The translations under genes were made by a program, and so were the position numbers. Under the pieces are notes generated by a model. That model did not search any database. It saw nothing but the letters and a program-made list of their open reading frames with translations, and had not been told where the DNA came from. Shown piece by piece: positions 1 to 8,909 of a stretch of DNA of 46,259 nucleotides; the first letter of the stretch is position 1; each line of letters starts with the position of its first letter. Origin of the DNA: Oscillospiraceae bacterium. Its GTDB lineage: Bacteria > Bacillota > Clostridia > Oscillospirales > CAG-272. Where the stretch lies: the NCBI GenBank assembly GCA_015064125.1, contig SVSV01000002.1, positions 1-46,259 of the forward strand. The letters are read 5' to 3'.

Positions 1-8
1 CCGAAGTT

Positions 9-245
9 GTGGCACGCCCTGCGCGCCCCATGAACCGTAAGAGAAAAAAGGTTTGCATTTTCTGTGCTGACAAGGTTCAGTTTATCGATTACAAGGATAC
101 CGCTAAGCTGCGTAAGTTCATCAGCGAACGCGGCAAGATCCTGCCCCGCCGTATTTCCGGCACCTGCGCAAAGCACCAGCGCGAGCTGAACACCGCTATC
201 AAGCGTTCCCGTCAGGTCGCACTTCTGCCCTACGTAACCGACTGA
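9..245 (+). CDS. rpsR: 30S ribosomal protein bS18
   Basis: 78-aa ORF with a GTG start near the window edge. Basic N-terminus plus KVCx[34 protein letters not shown], typical of bS18. A hairpin and T-run follow. Confidence 0.93.
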   Translation: MARPARPMNRKRKKVCIFCADKVQFIDYKDTAKLRKFISERGKILPRRISGTCAKHQRELNTAIKRSRQVALLPYVTD

Positions 246-259
246 TTACGGCAAGATCA

Positions 260-294
260 AAAAGCACTCTGCCAGGCAGAGTGCTTTTTTCTTT
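260..294 (+). terminator. intrinsic terminator after rpsR
   Basis: GCACTCTGCC/GGCAGAGTGC inverted repeat (264-284) followed by TTTTTTCTTT. Confidence 0.8.
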
Positions 295-311
295 ATGCAA
301 AGTCACAACAC

Positions 312-346
312 AAAAAACGCCCTGCTGATGCAGAGCGTTTTTTTTA
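312..346. terminator. bidirectional hairpin terminator at the 3' end of the PHP-domain gene
   Basis: AACGCCCTGC..GCAGAGCGTT stem flanked by an A-run on the left and a T-run on the right. Confidence 0.65.
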
Positions 347-352
347 TAGCAA

Positions 353-1390
353 TTACGCTTTCGTTCCTTTTAACTCATCCAGGAAATAAGCGCGGGTCCA
401 AGCAACGTTGCCGCGTGCATCACGCACCTCAAAGCGTACCCAAGGATTCCAACGCGGATATTCATGCTCGTCGTTCTGCTTAATAAAGCCGTTGAGATCA
501 AAGGTCACCTCAGTGAGGGGCTGATCGTCCGTCCCGTAATGCTTGCGATGATAACGGTAGTTAGAGACCATTGCGATCGAGGCAGCCTCGGAGGTGGCAA
601 TGTGCAGCACACCGTCTTCGATATACAACTCATTGATCGAGGGACCCGTAGAAGCATAAAAATCACCCTTCTCAAGCGCCTCGATAACCGTGCCGTATTG
701 CAGATTTTCTGCTTTCACCGTGATCCAGCCACCAAAGGCATCTATCTTCGCGTGAATATCATCTGCTGCCACGGGCATCACGTTCTCACCCGAGCGAAGC
801 AGGTCTACCATCGGCTGGGGCGTATCGTGCTGACCGCCGATATTGCAGCCCGTATTAAAGACCTCGATACCCCACAGGCCCTTCAGGCCCATGTAGTCGG
901 TATAATCAAGGCTGGACCAAACGGGGTGATTCAGGCAAACCAGGAACCCCGCCTCCGTTCCTCTGCGAATGGCATCGTTCACGCCGTTGATAGAATAATG
1001 GAATTTATAAGGATGGTCAATCATTTCCTGCGTCGCATACGCCTTAGTGTGCTCCTGCCAGATGCTCTTTACGCTCAACACCGGGCAATGCGTAATATCG
1101 GGCGACTTAGCGTAAAAATTGACATGATATGTCTTCCTAAAGCAATAAGCATTGGACCAACCGTCGCTGTTAAGGATCTCCACGCCATTGATGGCCAAGA
1201 AATTCTCATCGCTCAGATGGTTTTGCGGCACCATCACCTCGTGATCGGTGTAAGCGACAATGGAATATCCCTTTTCCTGATACATGGCCTTGATCTCCTC
1301 CGCGGTAAAATCACCGTCGGAGATCTTGGTGTGCGTATGCATGTTTGCTTTATAAAAATTGCCGTTTTCGGGCAACAGATAATGCTTCAT
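353..1390 (-). CDS. PHP-domain metal-dependent phosphoesterase (CehA/McbA-like)
   Basis: ORF 353..1603 trimmed to the ATG at 1390, which is preceded by GGGAGGTG. N-terminal MHTHTKISDG His/Asp motif, later YTDHE and DDIH motifs typical of the PHP fold. Confidence 0.75.
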   Translation of the reverse strand: MKHYLLPENGNFYKANMHTHTKISDGDFTAEEIKAMYQEKGYSIVAYTDHEVMVPQNHLSDENFLAINGVEILNSDGWSNAYCFRKTYHVNFYAKSPDITHCPVLSVKSIWQEHTKAYATQEMIDHPYKFHYSINGVNDAIRRGTEAGFLVCLNHPVWSSLDYTDYMGLKGLWGIEVFNTGCNIGGQHDTPQPMVDLLRSGENVMPVAADDIHAKIDAFGGWITVKAENLQYGTVIEALEKGDFYASTGPSINELYIEDGVLHIATSEAASIAMVSNYRYHRKHYGTDDQPLTEVTFDLNGFIKQNDEHEYPRWNPWVRFEVRDARGNVAWTRAYFLDELKGTKA

Positions 1391-1475
1391 ATCAGCACCT
1401 CCCTTTCTGTGCTTCATTGTAGCACGAAAAAAAAAGAAAGTCAAGCAATAATCGCAAACTTTACCTATTTTATTC

Positions 1476-1509
1476 AAAAAATCCCCACACTGAAGTGTGG
1501 GGATTTTTT
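1476..1509. terminator. bidirectional intrinsic terminator
   Basis: AAAAAATCCCCACAC-TGAA-GTGTGGGGATTTTTT, a perfect stem with A- and T-runs on either side. Confidence 0.85.
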
Positions 1510-1514
1510 GGCCC

Positions 1515-3107
1515 TTATTTTTTACAGCGCAAAGCATGTATGATCTCGGCCGTGGGAAGGGCCAAAACGGCAAGGGCGGCAAAAAGCACCAGTAAATTGC
1601 CAATGAGCCCGTAAAGTGTGCGCCCCTCGCGCACGGTAGCGGTATAAAGCGCCATACCCTGTGTCAGGGGAGGCAGTAGCTCGTGCGGGGTACCGTTTGG
1701 CGCGATCACTGAGGAAATACCCGTATCCGCTGCACGCACCACCCATTTGCCGCTTTCTATGGCACGCAGGCGTGCCTGCGCGTGGTGCATATACACACCG
1801 CGCGAATCTGAAAACCACGAATCGTTGGTCGCAAGCAACAGCAGCTCGGCGCCATCCCCTACACTGTCGCGCGTCAATTCCTCATAGATAGAATCAAAGC
1901 ACAAAAGCGCACCGATCTTGCCGTATTCGGTATCAAACAGCGCACTGTCCTGCCCGGGAGCAAGGTCATCCGAAAGCATACCGATATCGGCAAGCAGCGG
2001 CAGCAAAAACTCGATCACCGGGCGCCACGGCACATATTCACCGAAGGGCACCAAATGGCGCTTGGCATAAACATTTTCATCAACCGTGCCATCAGGATAC
2101 ACGGCAAACAGGGCGTTGTATTCATTGCCCTGCTCATCGGTATGAAATGCACCGCAAAAAACAGTGACGTCATAGGTCTTGGCAAGCGCCATCACGTATT
2201 TGCCAAGCTCAGTGCGCTCATCAAGATCATCGGGCACAAAGGTTTCGGGAAAAAGCACGATATCCGCCCCCTGTGCCGCTGCCTTAGCGGTATATTCGGC
2301 ATAAATTTCATAGGTCTTGCTACGGCTGTCCCCCGTCCATTTCAGCTCTGACCCTACGTTACCCTGCACGGCGGCCACAACGATAGGCTCACCCTTATCG
2401 GGATCGGCCGTAAGATACCCCACGCTGCCAAAAAGCAGCGCTACGGCAAGCACGCTAAGGCAAAAAACGCCGCAGGAACGCACGCAACGGCGCTCCTTCA
2501 GGTTCAAAAGGGCAAGGGCAAGATAGCCATTGCACAAAACCACAGCAAGTGTGATGAAATAAGAGCCAAAAAGCGCCGCAGCCCCCACTATCACCCCGTA
2601 ATTGATCTGCCCCAAGGCAAGACGCGCCCACGGCACACCCATCCACGTGAGAGTCTGACTCCATTCCGCCACCACGTACTGAGCGGCGAACAAGAGCGGC
2701 ACCAGGGGGGCAAGACGCCCCATTGCTTTGCGGCGGCACAAATAGCCGAAAAGCGGTAGAACAAAGGCTGCAAATATCGTTTGCAGAAGCGAAAGCCCCA
2801 ACCAGCAAATGGCAACCAGCAGCACGCCCTCAGCCTTGCTGACCCCCAAAAAATCAAGGGGATACAGACTCAAAAACCAGTGCAGCGTGGTCATAAAAAA
2901 GCAAAAATAATACCAAAAGCCAATACGATATAGTCGCCGATAACGCACATCCTTATCGCGTGCCAGCGTGAAAAACACCAAGAGCGCAGGCACCATGCTC
3001 ACCCACTCTAAAAACCCAAGCACGGGATAACAGAGCGTAAGGCCCGTCACAACGCCACTCACGGCAAGCAATAGCCACGCATAACGCCGTACAATCTGCT
3101 GTATCAT
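1515..3107 (-). CDS. lnt: apolipoprotein N-acyltransferase
   Basis: 530 aa. Hydrophobic multi-TM N-terminal half, then a CN-hydrolase domain with E (LFPETF), K (AKRHLVPFGEYVP) and C (GALLCFDSIY) triad motifs. Confidence 0.8.
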   Translation of the reverse strand: MIQQIVRRYAWLLLAVSGVVTGLTLCYPVLGFLEWVSMVPALLVFFTLARDKDVRYRRLYRIGFWYYFCFFMTTLHWFLSLYPLDFLGVSKAEGVLLVAICWLGLSLLQTIFAAFVLPLFGYLCRRKAMGRLAPLVPLLFAAQYVVAEWSQTLTWMGVPWARLALGQINYGVIVGAAALFGSYFITLAVVLCNGYLALALLNLKERRCVRSCGVFCLSVLAVALLFGSVGYLTADPDKGEPIVVAAVQGNVGSELKWTGDSRSKTYEIYAEYTAKAAAQGADIVLFPETFVPDDLDERTELGKYVMALAKTYDVTVFCGAFHTDEQGNEYNALFAVYPDGTVDENVYAKRHLVPFGEYVPWRPVIEFLLPLLADIGMLSDDLAPGQDSALFDTEYGKIGALLCFDSIYEELTRDSVGDGAELLLLATNDSWFSDSRGVYMHHAQARLRAIESGKWVVRAADTGISSVIAPNGTPHELLPPLTQGMALYTATVREGRTLYGLIGNLLVLFAALAVLALPTAEIIHALRCKK

Positions 3108-3145
3108 AAATATCTAAGAACAGGGCAAAAGCCCCGCTATTCCTT

Positions 3146-4105
3146 TCAGTTAAAATCCTTTAAAAACCACACGTCCTCAAGAGGAATTTCAAAGCTCTTG
3201 CCCTCTAAGTAAGACAAGAGATCATCTCCTGAAACGGTGTCAAAAACCAGCTTATAGGCATACAGCGCCTGATATTTATAGCCCCTGCCCTTTTCGGCGC
3301 GGTTTTTGCCGTATTTGCCATCGCCCAGCAGCGGATGTCCGATATGTGCAAGATGCGCGCGGATCTGATGGGTGCGCCCCGTTACCAGCAGGACCTCAAG
3401 GAGCGAATTGCCGTTTTTTTCGCGAAGCACGCGATAACGCGTTTCAATATTTTTGCCACCGCGCAAGGGGGCATCCGACACGGTTACAAGATTTTTGTCA
3501 CTGTCCTTTCTTAAAAATCCAAGCAGTGTATCAGCCTTTCTCGGCATTTTACCTCGGGCGGCGCAAAGATAGTATTTTGAAATTTCGTCGCGCTTGATCT
3601 TTTCATTCATTACACGCAGTGCCTCGGCGTTTTTAGCGGCGATCACAATGCCCCCCGTGTTGCGGTCGATGCGGTTACAAAGCGCGGGAGCAAAGGATTG
3701 CTCGGCATCGGGGTCATATTCGCCCTTTTGATAAAGATAGGCCTTGACGTGTAAGATCAACGTATTTTCGCCCCCGGCCGTATCCTCGTGCACCAAGACA
3801 CCCGGGCGCTTATTCAGGAGCATGATATTTTCATCCTCGTAAAGAATGGAAAGCTTTGGCGTGATGGCAGAGAGTGCCCCATCATCGCGCGCAGGCAGGT
3901 CAAAAAACTCATCCTTGATAAAAAGCTCTATCTCATCACCCTCAAGCAGCACCTGATTTTCCTTGGCACGGGCGCGGTTTACCTTGATTTTTTTGGTGCG
4001 AATGGCCTTATACATCATAGAAAGCGGCAGTCCCTTCACGGCCTTGCTCAAAAACTTATCAAGGCGCTGTCCCGCATCGTTTTTCCCGATCTGCAAAATA
4101 CGCAT
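3146..4105 (-). CDS. RluA-family rRNA pseudouridine synthase with N-terminal S4 domain
   Basis: RLDKFLSK S4-like start, a NRIDRNTGG catalytic Asp motif and the HQIRAHLAHIGHPLLGDGKYG signature. SD AAGGGGGTGG lies upstream of the ATG. Confidence 0.85.
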   Translation of the reverse strand: MRILQIGKNDAGQRLDKFLSKAVKGLPLSMMYKAIRTKKIKVNRARAKENQVLLEGDEIELFIKDEFFDLPARDDGALSAITPKLSILYEDENIMLLNKRPGVLVHEDTAGGENTLILHVKAYLYQKGEYDPDAEQSFAPALCNRIDRNTGGIVIAAKNAEALRVMNEKIKRDEISKYYLCAARGKMPRKADTLLGFLRKDSDKNLVTVSDAPLRGGKNIETRYRVLREKNGNSLLEVLLVTGRTHQIRAHLAHIGHPLLGDGKYGKNRAEKGRGYKYQALYAYKLVFDTVSGDDLLSYLEGKSFEIPLEDVWFLKDFN

Positions 4106-4190
4106 TCTGCCACCCCCTTGTATGTGATAACCTTATTATATAAGATAGTGCATTTTTTTGCAAGTGGTTTTGAAAAACTTTACGGGGGTG

Positions 4191-4219
4191 TTGACCGCAC
4201 ACCGAAAACGTGATAAAAT
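4191..4219 (+). promoter_or_regulatory. candidate sigma-A promoter for mtaB
   Basis: TTGACC (4191-4196), 17-nt spacer, TGaTAAAAT (-10 at 4214-4219). Confidence 0.5.
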
Positions 4220-4250
4220 AAACATATTACCGCAAAAAGGAGGGAACGTT

Positions 4251-5558
4251 ATGGAAAATGCGCGCGTAGGACTTATCACACTCGGCTGCAAGGTCAATCA
4301 ATATGAAAGCGAGGCGATCGCCGAGGCATTTGAGGCACGCGGCTTTACCGTTGCCTCCCCCGATGACGTATGCGACGTTTACGTCATTAACACCTGTACC
4401 GTTACCGCCGAATCTGACCGTAAGGCACGGCAGGCCATACGGCGTGTGGCAGCCCTCAATCCTAATGCCGCCGTATTGGTTACGGGGTGCCTGGCACAGT
4501 CACACCCACAAGACGTAGCCGCGATCAAGGGTGTAGATTATATCTGCGGTAGCCGTAACAAGCTAAGTATAGTCACCGCGGCCGAGCACATACGCGCCAA
4601 CGGAAAGCCCAAAAGCGCACACATTGAGGTCCCCTTGCTGGAAAGCACGCCGTTTGAAGCAATGTGCATCACGCGCTTTGAGCGTACACGCGCCTACGTT
4701 AAGATCGAGGACGGCTGCGAAAATCGCTGTACCTACTGTGCCATTCCCGCCGCGCGCGGACCCGTATGCTCCAAGCCACAGGACGAGGTGGTCCGCGAGG
4801 TAGCAGGCCTCATTCACGGCGGCTGCCGTGAGGTGGTGCTGACGGGTATTGAAACAGCCTCCTATGGCCGTGACCTCAAAAGCACCTCCCTCATTACCCT
4901 TTTAGAGGCAGTTGATGCGATCAAGGGTGATTTTCGCATACGGCTCGGTTCTCTTGATCCCTCATTGATGAAGGAGGATTTCGTCGCGCGCGCCGCGCGG
5001 CTTACGCATCTTGCCCCGCATTTTCACCTTTCGATACAAAACGGCTCCTCCCGCGTGCTGGCCGCTATGCGCCGCAAATACAACCGCGACATGGCACTTG
5101 ACGCTATCAGACGCTTGCGTGGTGCGATCCCCAATGTCGAATTGACCGCTGATTTTATCGTAGGCTTCCCCGGCGAGACCGAGGAGGATTTTGCCGACAC
5201 GCTTGCCTTTGCAAGAGAAGCAGCATTTTTACAAATGCACGTATTTGCCTACTCGCGACGTGAGGGCACGCCTGCCGCCGCAATGGGTGCACAGATCGAT
5301 TCCAAAACAAAAAAAGAACGCTCAGCTATGCTGATCGCACTGGGTCAGGAGCTACGCCGAGAACGCCAAAAGCACGCCCTGCTGGCGCCTGTACGCACTG
5401 TACTGTTTGAAAGCTTTGAAAACGGTATTGCCGTCGGGCACACCGACAATTTTTTGGAGGTGGCCGCAAGGTCTCCCGTGCCGCTACACGGACAGATGAT
5501 AAGGGTGCGATTGACCGCCATTGAAAACGACAGGCTTTTTGCCACACCGGAAAGGTAG
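4251..5558 (+). CDS. mtaB: tRNA t6A37 methylthiotransferase (radical SAM, MtaB type)
   Basis: ORF trimmed to the ATG at 4251, preceded by AGGAGGGA. N-terminal TLGCKVNQYESE, radical-SAM CENRCTYC cluster and a C-terminal TRAM-like region. Confidence 0.82.
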   Translation: MENARVGLITLGCKVNQYESEAIAEAFEARGFTVASPDDVCDVYVINTCTVTAESDRKARQAIRRVAALNPNAAVLVTGCLAQSHPQDVAAIKGVDYICGSRNKLSIVTAAEHIRANGKPKSAHIEVPLLESTPFEAMCITRFERTRAYVKIEDGCENRCTYCAIPAARGPVCSKPQDEVVREVAGLIHGGCREVVLTGIETASYGRDLKSTSLITLLEAVDAIKGDFRIRLGSLDPSLMKEDFVARAARLTHLAPHFHLSIQNGSSRVLAAMRRKYNRDMALDAIRRLRGAIPNVELTADFIVGFPGETEEDFADTLAFAREAAFLQMHVFAYSRREGTPAAAMGAQIDSKTKKERSAMLIALGQELRRERQKHALLAPVRTVLFESFENGIAVGHTDNFLEVAARSPVPLHGQMIRVRLTAIENDRLFATPER

Positions 5559-5564
5559 GAAACC

Positions 5565-6935
5565 GTGCAACAGAATTTTTTCGGAGTCCCGATTCCCTCC
5601 CTGCTTGTATCGGGCTTTACGCAATTTAACGAGGAGCAGCTGAACGCCACCGCCGCAAGGCTCGGGCTTGCTATAGAGGGGCAGGCACTGATCACCGCAA
5701 AAAAGCTGTTTTCCGATACGCATCATATCCCGACCGTAGCAGAATTACAGCTGCTTGACGTCCTGGCGCCCCATTTGGTACGATACGGCACCGATGCCGC
5801 CGTTACCGCCCTTGATTTTAAAGATTCAGAGGAAGCACACGTATGGCAGGATATGCTCCGCGTGCATAATGCTAAACAAACGGGCGCGACCGTTCCACCG
5901 ACACTCGCCGCGCTGCTTACCCTCTCATCATACGCACTGAAAAAAGCAGGACGGCACGCCGATACGAGCAAGCTGTTTTGCGATACTTCACCGGCTTTAG
6001 CTGCTGCTTTTCTTGGAAGATCTCCTCATCTCTCGCTCGATCTCGGGGCGGTAAAGGTAGCCTTAGCGCCCGAAGCTCCTCCCCGTAAAAGGCCGCAGCC
6101 GGGGCTTTTTGTGTTGGCCGTGCGCACAGCGCTGCCACACCTCGGCACCGACGTGATAGCCAGATTTTTTCAGCGCTACGAGGCGTACACGCCCCTACCC
6201 TTGATGGCGGTCGGTAAAGAAGGACTTGGCGCCCACCTGCCGCACCTGCCCGTCGGGTTAGAAATTGACCTTGCTACCGCAGGTCTTTTTGACATGGCCG
6301 CCTTATCCGGCTGCTGTCAGGATACCGTGCTGGTGGCCATGATACCCCGCCACGCGACAGCGGTTTTAGCCGACGGTGCACCTGCTACACTCATCGGTCA
6401 TATATTGCACACGCCAATGCTTTGTGTAAAAAGCGGCCCCGTTTCGCTTGTGCACCTGCCCCTATCCCTGCTATGCGCCTGGCAGCATGCGCTCTGCCGT
6501 GCCACCTGCCATGGGCAGGACGCAGCGCCCACAGCCGATGCCGTGCAGATAACCGCCGCACACGACCTTGTGCTTGGTGGGGTGTCATATACGGGCAATC
6601 AGCTTTCCCCCTTGCTTTCCTTGCTACGGGAGATGTGCCGCACAGGTGCCGATATGCACGGCGCCACGTTGACGGCCACACTGCGTTTACCCGAAAACGG
6701 TCTTTCGGGTGCCATCGCGCCCCTCATTGCCTACCATCGCTTTACCGCAGAGCTTGCCCTACCCACGCCCAACACACAGATCCTGTGTGATCTGACCCTG
6801 TCGGCACCCACACTGACGGTTGGCATCGCAGCACCGCGACACCCCTTGGCAAAAGAGCCACTTATCGCACTCGACAAGGCACTGGCTGACGGTGATTTTG
6901 CCGCCCTGCGCCATGCGATCTACGCAAACCCCTGA
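5565..6935 (+). CDS. hypothetical Ala/Leu-rich protein, weak PurL/AIR-synthase-like architecture
   Basis: 456-aa ORF. GTG start lies 6 nt after the mtaB stop, with AGGTAGGA upstream. The N-terminus resembles the PurL linker (GL..E....PT.AEL..LD) and the C-terminal part resembles AIRS_C, but no catalytic motifs were recognised. Confidence 0.5.
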   Translation: MQQNFFGVPIPSLLVSGFTQFNEEQLNATAARLGLAIEGQALITAKKLFSDTHHIPTVAELQLLDVLAPHLVRYGTDAAVTALDFKDSEEAHVWQDMLRVHNAKQTGATVPPTLAALLTLSSYALKKAGRHADTSKLFCDTSPALAAAFLGRSPHLSLDLGAVKVALAPEAPPRKRPQPGLFVLAVRTALPHLGTDVIARFFQRYEAYTPLPLMAVGKEGLGAHLPHLPVGLEIDLATAGLFDMAALSGCCQDTVLVAMIPRHATAVLADGAPATLIGHILHTPMLCVKSGPVSLVHLPLSLLCAWQHALCRATCHGQDAAPTADAVQITAAHDLVLGGVSYTGNQLSPLLSLLREMCRTGADMHGATLTATLRLPENGLSGAIAPLIAYHRFTAELALPTPNTQILCDLTLSAPTLTVGIAAPRHPLAKEPLIALDKALADGDFAALRHAIYANP

Positions 6936-6995
6936 GCCATACGGCGGATGTGCGCCTGCATTTTTACAAAAACTAAAAAAAATTGCAAAAAAGAC

Positions 6996-7024
6996 TTGCA
7001 TTTTAAAATTTTATATGCTATAAT
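6996..7024 (+). promoter_or_regulatory. candidate sigma-A promoter for rpmB
   Basis: TTGCAT (6996-7001), 17-nt spacer, TGcTATAAT (-10 at 7019-7024). Confidence 0.6.
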
Positions 7025-7092
7025 AATTGTCGCTGTTAAAAATCTAATGGATATAACGATAAGCACCGCGAGGTGTGACAGGAGGTGTCAAT

Positions 7093-7278
7093 ATGGCAAA
7101 GTGCAGTGTATGCGGCAAAGGCGTAGTGTTTGGTCAAAACGTTTCCCACTCCCACCGCAAGACCAACCGTTCTTGGAAGCCCAATATCCGCAAGGTTAAG
7201 GCTATCGTTGACGGGACCCCCACTACCGTGGCGGTTTGCTCCCGTTGCTTGCGTTCGGGTAAAATCACCCGCGCATAA
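7093..7278 (+). CDS. rpmB: 50S ribosomal protein bL28
   Basis: MAKCSVCGKG..SHSHRKTNRSWKPNIRKV signature. ATG at 7093 is preceded by GGAGGTG. Confidence 0.92.
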   Translation: MAKCSVCGKGVVFGQNVSHSHRKTNRSWKPNIRKVKAIVDGTPTTVAVCSRCLRSGKITRA

Positions 7279-7296
7279 TCTTGAATTGGTGCATTG

Positions 7297-7336
7297 AAAA
7301 GGGCGGTCGCCACAGGGTGACCGCCCTTTTCTTTTC
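7297..7336 (+). terminator. intrinsic terminator after rpmB
   Basis: GGGCGGTC..GACCGCCC stem followed by TTTTCTTTTC. Confidence 0.85.
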
Positions 7337-7342
7337 TCGGGG

Positions 7343-7371
7343 TTGACTTTTCGCCGCGCGCGCTTTATAAT
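7343..7371 (+). promoter_or_regulatory. candidate sigma-A promoter for proC
   Basis: TTGACT (7343-7348), 17-nt spacer, TATAAT (7366-7371). Confidence 0.6.
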
Positions 7372-7398
7372 AAAAGCAATACAGCTGTGAGGTGTGTT

Positions 7399-8175
7399 AT
7401 GAAGCTTGGTTTTATCGGTATGGGCAATATGGGACTGGCGTTGGCCGAGGGTTTTTTACATTCGGGGCTGCTTTCCCCCGCGGATCTCGCGGCCTTTGCC
7501 CCTAACCGCGAAAAATTACAAAAAAACGCCGCGCGCTTGGGATTTATACCCTGCAAGACGGCACATGAGGCGGTGGCCTTTGCCGACGTTGTGATAATGG
7601 CCTGCAAGCCCCAGCAGATCGAGGGTGTGCTAAATGAGCTTGGCGATGCGCTTTCGGGCAAGGCACTGCTTTCGGTAGCGCTTGGCTGGGACTATGCGCG
7701 TTATGCGGCAAAGCTGCCCAGCACGCGCATCCAGTTCGTGATGCCCAATACACCTGCGGCCGTTGGTGAGGGCGTGTTTTTGTTCGAAGAGCAAAATTCC
7801 CTGCAAAGCGAGGAAAAGCAAGCTCTGGCAGCGCTTTTTGAAGCACTTGGCACCGTTATTACCCTGCCCTCTCATTTAATGGGCATCGGCGGGGCACTCT
7901 CAGGCTGCGGCCCTGCCTTTGTTTGCATGATGATAGAGGCTTATGCCGATGCCGGTGTGAAATACGGCCTTACGCGTGAGCAGGCACTGAAAATGACGGC
8001 GGCGACCGTTGGGGGTACTGCAAAGCTCCTTTTGGAAACGGGCAAGCACCCGGGCGAGCTAAAGGACGCAGTATGCTCCCCGGGCGGCTCGACCATCAAG
8101 GGTGTCACTGCCCTTGAGCAGGCAGGCTTTCGCGCCAACTGCATCTCGGCCATTGATGCCATTATGAAAAAATGA
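7399..8175 (+). CDS. proC: pyrroline-5-carboxylate reductase
   Basis: MKLGFIGMGNMG Rossmann start and a C-terminal SPGGSTIKG motif. ORF trimmed to the ATG at 7399. Confidence 0.9.
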   Translation: MKLGFIGMGNMGLALAEGFLHSGLLSPADLAAFAPNREKLQKNAARLGFIPCKTAHEAVAFADVVIMACKPQQIEGVLNELGDALSGKALLSVALGWDYARYAAKLPSTRIQFVMPNTPAAVGEGVFLFEEQNSLQSEEKQALAALFEALGTVITLPSHLMGIGGALSGCGPAFVCMMIEAYADAGVKYGLTREQALKMTAATVGGTAKLLLETGKHPGELKDAVCSPGGSTIKGVTALEQAGFRANCISAIDAIMKK

Positions 8176-8176
8176 G

Positions 8177-8205
8177 AAAAGCCACTCCGAATGGAGTGGC
8201 TTTTG
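8177..8205 (+). terminator. intrinsic terminator after proC
   Basis: GCCACTCC-GAAT-GGAGTGGC followed by TTTT. Confidence 0.75.
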
Positions 8206-8712
8206 TTATACGCTCTTGCCTAAGCACTCGTCTATATAAGCCTCTACACTTTCCTCTGACATCCCCAACACCAGCGCACATTCGCTATATAAAAGGTGCT
8301 TGGCAAGGCGGCCGTATTCAAGGTCGGTAACAGGAAAATGCTTGTGCGCGGCAACCAATTCCTCGCGGCGCTTTTGTACAGTCTTCATCACCTGCACGTA
8401 GCCCGTGGGGCAAAGCGTGCCGATGGTAGAGCGATAGATCTCACGGCGTTGCTTTTCCTGCGGCACCTCAAGCAAAGGGGTCTTTGGCATCGCAGCGATC
8501 AGCGTTTCGATCTCTGCGGCGGTCATAAGGCGCCGCATCGGCACACGCTCATTATCAACGGGGGTATAGATGGTAGAGCTCATCGGATTATTCACAGGCA
8601 CAAGCAGATAATACGTACGCGTATCCGCTTGGTCGTAAGGTGATCTGCAGACGTCCTCTACGCGGCAGATGCCGTTAATACCGTAAACGATACATTCTCC
8701 AACCTCAAACAT
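8206..8712 (-). CDS. CarD/CdnL-family transcriptional regulator
   Basis: N-terminal FEVGECIVYGINGICRVEDV (CarD_CdnL_TRCF-like) within a protein of about 168 aa. ATG at 8712 or TTG at 8715; GGAGG lies upstream. Confidence 0.78.
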   Translation of the reverse strand: MFEVGECIVYGINGICRVEDVCRSPYDQADTRTYYLLVPVNNPMSSTIYTPVDNERVPMRRLMTAAEIETLIAAMPKTPLLEVPQEKQRREIYRSTIGTLCPTGYVQVMKTVQKRREELVAAHKHFPVTDLEYGRLAKHLLYSECALVLGMSEESVEAYIDECLGKSV

Positions 8713-8870
8713 CAAGTGTCCCCTCCTTTGATAAAATTCGCAAAAAACGCGTCTTGGCTCACGTCCTTATTCAATATTTTACCATATTTTAGCATTTTAT
8801 TCAAGAGTAAAATTTGATAAAAATACCGCGCCGCTTATTGGTGCAATCACACAAAGAGCCTGTACGGCGC

Positions 8871-8906
8871 AAAAAAGCGGCTTGACAAAATGCCAAGCCG
8901 CTTTTT
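8871..8906 (-). terminator. intrinsic terminator after galE
   Basis: GCGGCTTG..CAAGCCGC stem followed by a T-run on the minus strand. Confidence 0.8.
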
Positions 8907-8909
8907 ACT

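Noticed and set aside
464-1543. 359-aa plus-strand ORF
   Set aside because: It is entirely antisense to the PHP-domain gene, which has clear motifs and an SD. It is a shadow ORF typical of GC-rich coding DNA, with no SD and low-complexity Arg/Leu/His-rich content.
353-1603. N-terminal extensions suggested by the ORF track
   Set aside because: The affected track ORFs are 353-1603, 4158-5558, 10338-11627, 12052-12912, 13898-14845, 19305-20870, 21914-22855, 25961-27445, 33785-34588 and 41301-41939. In each case an internal ATG preceded by a GGAGG-like SD coincides with the family-typical N-terminus. The upstream extension overlaps terminators, riboswitches or neighbouring genes.
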